From assembly GCA_964371045.1 (NCBI GenBank), contig CAYJMN010000004.1:59794-123793 (forward strand): DNA of 64,000 bases, read 5' to 3'. A program made the position numbers and the translations under genes. Source of the stretch: an uncultured Chromatiales bacterium. Lineage in GTDB: Bacteria > Bacteroidota > Ignavibacteria > SZUA-365. This document shows positions 17,133 through 26,200 of this stretch, one piece after another. Within the stretch, counting starts at the first letter, position 1. Every line of letters begins with the position of its first letter. Under the pieces are notes generated by a model. The model was not told the DNA's origin. It did not search any database and saw nothing but the letters and a program-made list of their open reading frames with translations.

Positions 17133-17800
17133 GAACGGTTTGGATCAGGGGGGAGGCGCAAGGGAATAGGCGCAGGGGGAGGAGAAAATAACGCAGAGAC
17201 GCAAAGGAAAGGCGCAGGGGAGGGGAAATTAACGCAGAGACGCAAAGGCGCAGCGACGCAGAGGAGAGATGCACGGTGAGAAGAAATCAACGCACAGAGG
17301 CAGCTAGGAGAGGCAGATGGAGAAGAAATCCACGTGGAGACGCACAAGGGTAGGTGGGAAATTGAGTTCCTCAGCCCGCAGGGCGACACTTCCGTAGACC
17401 TCGCCGCGGCGAGTCTCCGGCCTGCGGCCTACGACCCTCACGTATGTGTGGGGTGTTCAGCGATCAGCACCCCACCCACTCCCCGGCCACTATGGGTCTC
17501 GAACAACTCACCCCCCGGCCCCCTCTCTCACGAGAGAGGGGGAGGAAAAGGTACTATTCAGTGTATATTTCATACATGCGGAGGCATACACGGCGGTTAC
17601 ACGGAGCGAATATCATGTCATCCACGAAATGCTCCGGTGCGCGGCGCTGGTGGGCTCCTTCTTATGACATCTTATAAACTCGGCTTAAATAGGCCTGAAT
17701 TCATAAACTCACCGTCAGGGATCCGGTCATTGGGGGTCTCGAACAACTCACCCCTGTCTCGCTCCCTTCGGCTTCGTTCAGGGAGCGGGCTTCCGGTGGT
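17130..17800. repeat. Repeat desert with an octamer tandem (ACGCAGAG)n, GAGTTCCTCAGCCCGCAGGGCGACACTTC, a GTCATCC...GGTGGGC copy, a TTATGACATC terminus and a CCCCCGGCCCCCT...AGGGGGAGG hairpin
   Basis: Octamer tandem at 17160-17300. GAGTTCCTCAGCCCGCAGGGCGACACTTC at 17365 is also present at 10260. An element copy sits at 17600-17660, and a G/C hairpin at 17500-17550 matches those at 6610-6660 and 6920-6960. Confidence 0.55.
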
Positions 17801-17928
17801 TGAGCGGAGCCGAAACCACCGGAAGCGAGCTTGGCCAACGCGCATTGCGACGTATCTGCGGCCTTGACAGTGACTCGGACGCTGTGTACATTCAAAATGC
17901 ATCCAAAATGGAACCACGGAGGAACATC

Positions 17929-18168
17929 ATGGCTACTTTGACTATCAAGAATGTACCTGACGCGCTCTATCAGCGTCTGAAGGACAGCGCAAAGCGTGAG
18001 CGCCGCAGTATGAACAGTGAGGCACTGCTCTGTCTCGAACTGGCGCTCCGTCGCGTACCCGCGAACAACGACGAGCTGCTGCAGCACATCCGCGGCATCC
18101 GTGCTGCGACGCCTGTTCGTCTCACAGAGAAGATCCGGCGTGCGGCTGTCAGGGATAGCCGGTCATGA
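17929..18168 (+). CDS. vapB: Ribbon-helix-helix (Arc/VapB/FitA-like) antitoxin, 79 aa
   Basis: MATLTIKNVPDALYQRLKDSAKRERRSMNSEAL... is a classic RHH antitoxin N-terminus. A GGAGG lies 7 nt upstream of the ATG at 17929. Its stop overlaps the PIN gene start (ATGA at 18165). Confidence 0.8.
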   Translation: MATLTIKNVPDALYQRLKDSAKRERRSMNSEALLCLELALRRVPANNDELLQHIRGIRAATPVRLTEKIRRAAVRDSRS

Positions 18169-18560
18169 TCGTCGTGGATAATACTATGCTCTGCTATTTA
18201 CTCATCCAGGGAGATTTCACGGAGTTGGCGGAGCGCACCTACGCTGCGGACCCGGACTGGATTGCTCCGCATTTGTGGCTGAGTGAATTCCGGAACGTAC
18301 TGAGAAAATATATCGTCGGAGGCTTTCTCACGCTTGAACAGGCGATGACCAGTGCCGGGGCGGCGGAACTGCTCATGATGGAGAGGTCGTTCAGTGTGAG
18401 CACGGCAGATGTCCTGCTTTATTTATCCGCATCCGGCTGCAGCGCCTACGATTGCGAATATATCGCTCTCGCCAAAACGCTCTCCTTGAAGCTTGTTACA
18501 ACGGACAAAAAGCTGCTGCGTGCGTTCCCCGAGACTGCCGTGCATCCCGGACATTTCTGA
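18165..18560 (+). CDS. vapC: PIN-domain toxin (VapC family), 131 aa
   Basis: MIVVDNTMLCYLLIQ... (an acidic residue near the N-terminus), the size, and the coupling to the upstream RHH gene are typical of VapBC modules. Confidence 0.85.
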   Translation: MIVVDNTMLCYLLIQGDFTELAERTYAADPDWIAPHLWLSEFRNVLRKYIVGGFLTLEQAMTSAGAAELLMMERSFSVSTADVLLYLSASGCSAYDCEYIALAKTLSLKLVTTDKKLLRAFPETAVHPGHF

Positions 18561-18809
18561 GTCATTCCACCAGCGCTTTGCGCAGGTGCGTATCGGGTAT
18601 ACTTGGGTTTAGAAAAAATCATAAGGATCGTCACGCTGAGTCAGGTAAGCTTTGCTGCACTCCGGTTTATATCGTGTGTGACATGCCGCAGGGAGGGGAA
18701 TCAAACGCAGAGACGCAGAGATGCAATGAGCACCTATGTCATATGCGGAAAGCGATTGGCTGGAGACTTTGCTGCATGGGTCGCACGTTTCGCAGCTATC
18801 CCCCCTCTC

Positions 18810-19442
18810 TCAAAAGAATCGATGCATATACCCAATCTGGAACACCAGCTGGGGAGATGAAAAATCGCCGCTGCCGACCGTTGCTCCGGCCTGCAAAAAG
18901 AAACCACTGAGATTCAATTCGTACACCGCTCCGACGTAGTTCCACTCCCTCATCCTGCTGGAAAACCCTAGATCCTCCTCCACCTCCATGCTGCCGAGGA
19001 TGGCTGCCACCACATGGCTTCGGTCGGCATTGTCGGATAATCTGAATCCGACGTTCATCTGAAGCCCGCTGATTGGTCTACCCCAGATCATTCCCGAGAG
19101 ACGGAGACCGACAAGTCCAAACTGGTAGCCCATCGCGAAATTGATACCGGCGGGGGTTCCGAAATTGACCCCAAGCTCGGGATAGGACTGCGTATCGGAA
19201 TAGCCGGGCATTCCCTCGACGTTCTCCTTCCTGATGATCTCGATCTCGTCGAAGGTGTAGACGAATTCACTCCCATCCTTCGTTTTGATTTTCAGGCTTT
19301 TGTTCGGTACCTGCTCGATGATGGTTCCCAGGATTTTCGAGCCGTTGTGCAGGATGACGGCGTCCACCTGCTCCTGCGCGAGGCAGCGTCCTCCGACGAT
19401 GAGTACGATGAACATCATGATGGCGAGTACGTGTGGCTTCAT
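18810..19442 (-). CDS. Secreted/outer-membrane beta-rich hypothetical protein (210 aa from MKPHVLAIMMFIVLIVGGRCLAQ)
   Basis: A signal peptide, a C-terminal aromatic residue (…GYMHRFF) and alternating hydrophobic beta-strand patterning. AAAGGA lies 6 nt upstream of the ATG at 19442. Confidence 0.65.
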   Translation of the reverse strand: MKPHVLAIMMFIVLIVGGRCLAQEQVDAVILHNGSKILGTIIEQVPNKSLKIKTKDGSEFVYTFDEIEIIRKENVEGMPGYSDTQSYPELGVNFGTPAGINFAMGYQFGLVGLRLSGMIWGRPISGLQMNVGFRLSDNADRSHVVAAILGSMEVEEDLGFSSRMREWNYVGAVYELNLSGFFLQAGATVGSGDFSSPQLVFQIGYMHRFF

Positions 19443-19825
19443 GTTCCTTTCTCCTGACGGGTGTGGATGAAATTGCGTAGACCTTCGCGGATGTCGGTCC
19501 GCAGGAGGTGAAGCGGCAATAAAGATAACCGGGTGCTTTGGGCCGGTGAGAACGCCGGCTGGCCGCTGAATTTCCAGCCAGACGGCATTCAACGAAAGAG
19601 AATTCAAAATGTTCCCCGCCCTCACCCCTACCCCTCTCTGCCGGAGGCATCCCTCCGGGACCAGTAGGGAGAGGGGAAATTTTACGATTTACGATTTACG
19701 ATTGAAGATTTGAAGATTGAGGATTGGCGAATAACGAACTGACCATCGACGAATTGGAGATTTCTCGAATCGAAAATCGTCAATCGTAAATAATAAATCG
19801 TCAATCGTCAATCCAAAATCGTAAA

Positions 19826-22800
19826 TCACAATTTCGTAACCCGCCTTACCAGCACGGCATCGCCAAGCAACGCGACGAGATAGTACACGCCTGGCTTGCG
19901 GTCGCGGAGGGAGTGGGTAAATACCGCACCGCCATCCGGCAGGATACCGGTGTGGATGATTTCTGCACGGCCGAGTACATCGTAGAGAGCCAAGGTAACG
20001 GTTTGATTTTCCGCGCCGGTAAGCCCGATGCGCAGCATATCAGCCACTGGTTCGGGGTACACATTCAGCACGGCGCCTTCAGCGACAGGCGGCACGTCGT
20101 TGACATCGAGCACTGCGACGTTGAATGGATCGGACATGGCCGAGCAGCCTTCCGCATTGGTGACCCGGACCTGATAGACGCCGGTTTGCGTCAGCGCGAG
20201 CAGCGGGCCGGTTGCGCCGGGCATGAGAACGCTGTTCCGATACCATTGATACTGATGCGCCGTGTCGGTTCGAATAACATCCCCGAGGCGGCGGATGACG
20301 GGCTTCGCGGGTGACGGTTTCATCGAGACCGTTACGGTATCCGAATTGCCCCAGCAGTTGTCCGTACTGCGGACGCGCACATGATAACTTCCCGCGGCAG
20401 TTACGTCGATGCCGGGCGTTGTTGCACCGGTGCTCCATTCATATTCCGCATAGCTGCCCGTGGTCCGCAGCGTGACCGCTTCTCCTTTGCAGATGGCAAC
20501 AGGATTGCCCGGCGTGATGACCGGCACAGGGAGCTGATACACCGCGACGCGAACCGTGTCGGAACGGCCATACACACCATCGCTGCGACGGACGACGCAG
20601 GAGTAGTCACCTGAACGCTTGACGATGATTTGCTGTGTCTGTTCGCCGCCCATCCAAAGGTACGACGCGTATCCGCTCCCCGCATCGAGAATGACGGAAT
20701 CGCCTTCGCAGAACGCCAGCGGGCCGTTGGCTGTGAGTTGTACATCGAAGCTCTGAGGCGGGAGACCAGGGATGCGCAGTTGGACTTCGCATTTGCTGGA
20801 ATCGGTGTTCGTCGAATATGTCCACACGGTGATGGTGTAGGTTCGCTCCGTCTCGACAGGTGCGTGCAGCAACATCCATGTTACGTTTCCGCTCTGGGTT
20901 GGATTAAGCATCGGGGGTAGCAGATGCTTTGTAAAGCGGTTCGGGGCGTCGGGCGCTGCGAGCGAGAACTCCGGTGGCAGGACAATACTCGTCAACACCG
21001 TGTCCGTTAACATGCCGCCGGTGTTCAGCGCTGTTACGGTGAGTGGAAAGGGCATGGGTGAATAGCGCAGGTTTACTGTATCTGCTGTGATGTTCGGTAC
21101 ATCGATGTCGCATTCGAGCATCGGTCCTGTACGCTGAATGTACACCTTCAGGCAGCATGTCACATCCGGGTAGTTGTCGAAGCTGCTTTGAATGCAAATT
21201 TCGACAGAATCCCCGGAGGTCCGTTTTTTCGCCGCCAGCTGCCAGGTCACTTCCGCAAACATCCCCGAGGCGATATCCGCCGGTGTGGGAGTTTGTGTGC
21301 TAGTGGCAGGCGAAATCAGGCTGACTGCATTCGTGTCCACGATGATTCTGTAGATCGCATTCAGCAGTGTTGTATCGCCGACATTGTCAAAGCGCCCTGT
21401 GACCACGAAGGGATTCGGATAGTAGTCCTTGAGCGTGCGCTTCCACTCCAGGCTCGTCGGGCCGGTGATACCACAGACAGCGTTTGGCTGTTTGGGATAG
21501 ATGCAGATTCTGCCTGTATCGACAATCGGTCTGAAGCACCCCTGCTCAAACTGCGGATTCACTCCGCGAATCTCGCAGCACGTCGTGTCAAAAGGATCCG
21601 ACGCCTTGAACGTAAACTCCATCAAAACGCCGCTCCCGTTCAAGAGCTTGCGGTCCATCACCTGGATCAGCGCGCCCGTCGGTACCGGCGTCACCGAGAT
21701 CGGCAGGCCATCGAGTAGTGTGCTCGGGGTCGTCGACACGCTTTTGAACTGCATACACAAGGGATTGAACTCCAGCGTGAACTGGAAGGGGTAGAACATC
21801 TCGCCGTTGATAGGTGTGAGGAGGGTCAGGGGTATCGTGATGCCGTCACCGCTTTTCGCGACAGCATCGCCGAGCTTCATGTTGAGATTCGAGTATGTCG
21901 ATGAATCCAGGGGGGCGCGGTAGGTTTTTATCTTCGTGTCGGTTCCCCCGCAGAAATCCTTCAACTGCAATTCCACCGTCCGCAGGGCACCGTCCATGCA
22001 ATCATCTTCGTAGGTAATCACACAATCCTGGAAACTCTGCCGAAGTATGCCGAAAATTTCCTGATATATCGCCGCGAGCTGACCGGAATTCGGCGTCTGA
22101 TAGAATTTTCCGCCCGTCAGCTGGGCGATGAGTTCCAGTTCCACCGTATTGATGCCGGTACCAATGCCAACGGTGAATACACGGATTTGGTGGCGGTCGG
22201 CCAGTGCAATAATCTCCGACGGCTGACGGCCGGATGCATTGTCTCCGCCATCGGTCAGCAGGATCACTGCCCGGCACTGGTTCACCCCGTTATTGATCAG
22301 CTCAATCAGGCCAGCGTAGCCGCCGTCCCAGACCGCCGTCGCACCATTGGCAGGAAGCGCATCCACCGCTGAATGCAGCCTGGTCGTGTCCGTAGTCATT
22401 TGCTGCTGGATTATCACCGTCGAATTGAACCATAGCACCGAGGCTTCGTCGATGTTGCCGTCCATTAGATCGATGAAGGCATGGCCCGCCTGTTTCGCGC
22501 CGGCATTGCCGGATCCAATCATCGATCCTGACGCGTCGAACACAAGCGACACCGATATAGCGCAGGGGATGGTGGGATTAGGGCACGACAACGTGAAATT
22601 CTTGACCTCGACGCCGTTCTCGAAAATCCGGAAATCCTGCATCGACATGTTGTACGCCGGATTGCCGTCGCAGCCGACGGAGAAATACAGCTCGATGGTT
22701 GGCCAGTTGACGGTCACCCGTTTGAACGTCAGGTTCGGTTGCGCCTGTACGATCGGCGCGGCGAGACAGATGACAAGCAGAAGCGCGGAATGCCGCCACG

Positions 22801-22831
22801 CGTTACTATTGGATTTGCCCGGAAACTTCAT
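19826..22831 (-). CDS. Paralogue 1 of 5 (1001 aa): signal peptide, vWA domain with MIDAS, Cys-rich beta-sandwich region, SprB/Ig-like repeats and a T9SS C-terminal domain. A surface adhesin-like protein
   Basis: The vWA reads ...CAISVSLVFDASGSMIGSGNAGAKQAGHAFIDLMDG...AVILLTDGGDNASGRQPSEIIALADRHQIRVFTVGIG..., with an intact DxSxS. Repeats of the form ICKGEAVTLRTTGSYAEYEWSTGATTPGIDVTAAGSYHVRVRSTDNCWGNSDTVTV follow. The CTD is ...LNVYPEPVADMLRIGLTGAENQTVTLALYDVLGRAEIIHTG...GVYYLVALLGDAVLVRRVTKL. Confidence 0.9.
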   Translation of the reverse strand: MKFPGKSNSNAWRHSALLLVICLAAPIVQAQPNLTFKRVTVNWPTIELYFSVGCDGNPAYNMSMQDFRIFENGVEVKNFTLSCPNPTIPCAISVSLVFDASGSMIGSGNAGAKQAGHAFIDLMDGNIDEASVLWFNSTVIIQQQMTTDTTRLHSAVDALPANGATAVWDGGYAGLIELINNGVNQCRAVILLTDGGDNASGRQPSEIIALADRHQIRVFTVGIGTGINTVELELIAQLTGGKFYQTPNSGQLAAIYQEIFGILRQSFQDCVITYEDDCMDGALRTVELQLKDFCGGTDTKIKTYRAPLDSSTYSNLNMKLGDAVAKSGDGITIPLTLLTPINGEMFYPFQFTLEFNPLCMQFKSVSTTPSTLLDGLPISVTPVPTGALIQVMDRKLLNGSGVLMEFTFKASDPFDTTCCEIRGVNPQFEQGCFRPIVDTGRICIYPKQPNAVCGITGPTSLEWKRTLKDYYPNPFVVTGRFDNVGDTTLLNAIYRIIVDTNAVSLISPATSTQTPTPADIASGMFAEVTWQLAAKKRTSGDSVEICIQSSFDNYPDVTCCLKVYIQRTGPMLECDIDVPNITADTVNLRYSPMPFPLTVTALNTGGMLTDTVLTSIVLPPEFSLAAPDAPNRFTKHLLPPMLNPTQSGNVTWMLLHAPVETERTYTITVWTYSTNTDSSKCEVQLRIPGLPPQSFDVQLTANGPLAFCEGDSVILDAGSGYASYLWMGGEQTQQIIVKRSGDYSCVVRRSDGVYGRSDTVRVAVYQLPVPVITPGNPVAICKGEAVTLRTTGSYAEYEWSTGATTPGIDVTAAGSYHVRVRSTDNCWGNSDTVTVSMKPSPAKPVIRRLGDVIRTDTAHQYQWYRNSVLMPGATGPLLALTQTGVYQVRVTNAEGCSAMSDPFNVAVLDVNDVPPVAEGAVLNVYPEPVADMLRIGLTGAENQTVTLALYDVLGRAEIIHTGILPDGGAVFTHSLRDRKPGVYYLVALLGDAVLVRRVTKL

Positions 22832-22869
22832 TCCTCACTCCTTGGCCAATAAGAGGATATAATGACACC

Positions 22870-22898
22870 ATTGTATGAAGAAATGGCACGAATGTCAA
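22870..22898 (-). promoter_or_regulatory. Sigma70-like promoter of paralogue 1: TTGACA, a 17-nt spacer, then TACAAT, with AAGGAGTGAGG as the Shine-Dalgarno
   Basis: On the gene strand the sequence is TTGACAttcgtgccatttcttcaTACAATggtgtcattatatcctcttattggccAAGGAGtgaggaATG. A homologous TTGACA-17-TACAAT lies upstream of paralogue 4 (about 33680-33710), and a TTGACA-17-TACTGG upstream of paralogue 2 (about 26715-26745). Confidence 0.45.
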
Positions 22899-23251
22899 CA
22901 TGCGGAGCGCAGAGATCTCTACGATAAAAGGAGATCCGCACAATGTGGCTCCGCCGCGATAGTCCTCGTCGATTTTTATCGCCGAGGGCACAGAGGGCGC
23001 GGAGGGCACCGAGATTTCTTTAAATGTTTCATTTACCTTAGTCTGTGGCTGTCCGAGGTCTTAGTTTCCAGAACAATGCGCGTAGCTGGTATTTCGGCTT
23101 GCTCTTTTCAACTCAAAGGAAACCTTCCGAGATGCGCCCTCAAATTTCTCTCTGTGCCCTCGGCGATCTCGGCGATCTCTGCGATAAAAAGAGATCCGTA
23201 CAATCTTGCCCTTCCGCGTTTCTGCGTTATATTCTTCTCTGCGTCTCCGAT

Positions 23252-26200
23252 TTACATTTTTGTTACCCGCTTCACCAGCACGGCATCGCCAAGCAACGCG
23301 ACGAGATAGTACACGCCTGGCTTGCGGTCGCGGAGGGAGTGGGTAAATACCGCACCGCCATCCGGCAGGATACCGGTGTGGATGATTTCTGCACGGCCGA
23401 GTACATCGTAGAGAGCCAAGGTAACGGTTTGATTTTCCGCGCCGGTAAGCCCGATGCGCAGTACATCGGTCGCAGGCTCCGGCCAAACGTTCAGCAATCT
23501 ACCTTCTGCGATTGCCGGTTCATGCCCGGTTTCGAGCACGGTGACGCCGAACGGATCGGACATCGCCGGACAGCCCTCTGCATTGGTGACCTGGACCTGA
23601 TATTGTCCCGACTCTGTGACGCTCAGCGACTGGCTGGATGCGGACGGAAGCTGGAGACCGTTTCGGTACCATCGGTACGAAACCGCCGGATCGGTGGACA
23701 ATACATTGCCGTTTCGCTGGACGCCGGGTTTAGGCGGCGACGGTTTTTTCGTTACAACGACAGTATCGGAAAGATTGCGGCAACCGGCGCTATTGCTGAC
23801 CTCAACATAGTAGCTGCCGGCAGTTTTAACTGAGATTCCCGGAGTCATCAGCCCGTTGTTCCACAGGTAGCTCAGGAAACCGCTTCCTACGGAAAGGAAC
23901 ACCGAGTCTCCTTCACAAATCTCCGTCGATCCTGTGATGACCAACCGCGCGTATGGTTTCGGCAGGAAGGTAATCACCACGGTGTCGGAAATCCCGGTGC
24001 ACGTGAGAGAGCTGCTCACCCGTACATAATACGTGCCGGGCGCTGTCACGATTATGCTTGAGTCGGTGCTTCCGTTACTCCACTGGTACGACGGGTAGAT
24101 GCCGCTGACAGACAGATGAAGCGAATCGCCTTCGCATAGCGTTCTCGATCCGATTGGAAATATCCGCGGTGTGAGATTGCGAAGCACTGTGACTACCACC
24201 GTATCGGATTCCCCCATGCAGAAAGGTCTGTCGCCAACACGCACATAATACGCCCCCGATGCCCTCACTATAATGTCCGGATTCGTGCCGCCGTTGCTCC
24301 ATTGGTATGTCTGATAGCTTCCGGAGACGGATAATCGGAGAGAGTCGCCTTCGCAGATCGTCGTCGGTCCGCTGACGTTGAGGCGCGGAGATGGCCTTGG
24401 AGAAACCGTTACCTGAACCGTGTCGGAGTATCCGATGCTTCCGTTTGCCTGTTGCACTGTGCAAAAATACAAACCCGCTGCTGTGATCGGGACGCGCTGC
24501 GTTTGCGGGCCATGCGACCATCGATAGGATGCGTAGCCGTTCCCGGCGTCAAGTATCACGGAATCCCCCTGGCATAATGCGGTCGAACCCTGCGCCGCAA
24601 GTTTGAACGCGAATCTGTTTAGCACATATCCCGGAATGGTAATGTTCACCTCGCATTTTGATGAATCCGTATTCGCCGTTTTCACCCAGACAGTCACGGT
24701 GTAATGCTTATCTGCATCCGAATGGGGATGATGCACCATCCATGCCAGATTTGCGCTCTGACCGGGATTCAGTTGCGACGGTACCATGCTCTTGGTGTTG
24801 CGGTCCGGAGCATCAGGGTATGCGAGTTCGAGATCCGGCGGCAGGATGATGGATGCAAACATCGGTTCGGTCTGCATCAGGCCTGTGTTGTTTGCAGTGA
24901 CCGTAATCGGGAACGGCATCGGATCGTACCCGGAATTCACCGTATCCGCGATAATGACGGGCGCATCAAGCGCACAGTCCACGAGAGGCCCGGTTTGCGG
25001 AATGAACACGTTCGTGCAACATATCACATCAGGATGATTGTCGAACGATGCGGTGATGCAAATCATTGTCGAGTCGCTGCTCGCCCGGCAGTTCGCGGCA
25101 AGCTGCCACACTGCTTCGCTTTCCCCTGCTGGCTGCACATCCGGAGGCGAAGCAGCCTGAACATCGGCCACGGGTGCGGCCAGTCTCAAGGTTGCAGTAT
25201 CGAATGCGATTCTGAAGCGAGCATTGCGTGCTTCCTTGTCACCAACGTTCAGGAGCACTCCCCTGACGGGGAAAGGACTTGGCGTGTAATCCTTCGCCAG
25301 CTTATTCCACGTCAAACCTGGTACACGTTCGATTCCGCAGTAGACTTCGGGGAGTCTGGGAAGAATGCAGATTTCACCCGGAGTAATTACAGGACTGAGG
25401 CAGCCTTGCTCGAACACGGCATTGCTGCCGTAGATACCGCAGCATAGGGTGTCGTCGGGATCGGACGCCCGGAACTGTAATTCAAGGAGCAATCCGCTGC
25501 CGGAAATCAACTTGCGGTCGTTGATACGGATCAGGCTTCGCATGGCAATGGTCGTTACCGACAAGGGCAGGCCTTCGATCAAGGAACCCGGGGGAGTCGA
25601 TACGCTCAGCAGCTTCGCGCACGATGTGTCGTGTTCAAGTGTGAATTCGAACGGAAAAAACATTTCGGCGTTGAGTGGCGTGAGCAGGTTCAGCGGAATC
25701 GTAATCGTGCCGTTGCTTGCAACGCTGCCTCTCCCCAGTTCCAGCGAAAGTGTCCTGAACGTCGAGGTGTCCCTCAAGGCCAGGTACTGCTTTGTTTCCG
25801 TGTCCGTCCCGCCGCAATAATCCTTCAGCCGTAGCTCGACCGTGCGCAGACCGCCGTCCGCGCATTCACGATCATAGGCAATCATGCATTCCCGGAAACC
25901 TGAGGCGACGATTCCGGATATTTCCTGATAGATCGCCGCCAGTTGTCCCGGATCAGCCGTCTTGTAGACCCTTCCGCCCGTCGTCGGTACAACATATTCG
26001 AGCTCGTTCGTGTTGAAATTTGTCCCCAGTGCGATTGTGAACAGACGAATGTGATGCTGTCTCGCCAGCGCCGCATTCATCTGCGCTTCTGCTATGCTTG
26101 AATTATCGTATCCATCCATCATCACGATAAGCGCGCGGTACGGGTTGACTCCGTTGCTGATCAACTCAAGCAGACCTGCATGCACGCACTCCCACATACA

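Noticed and set aside
19626-19700. A Rho-independent terminator for paralogue 1, the G/C hairpin CCGGAGGCATCCCTCCGG flanked by CCCCTCTC / GAGAGGGG
   Set aside because: The hairpin is 125-170 bp from the stop codon (19826) and is not followed by a T-tract on the gene strand. Its arms match the CCCTCTCC...GGAGAGGG repeat family seen at 6350-6470, so it is more likely another repeat copy. A terminator role is not excluded.
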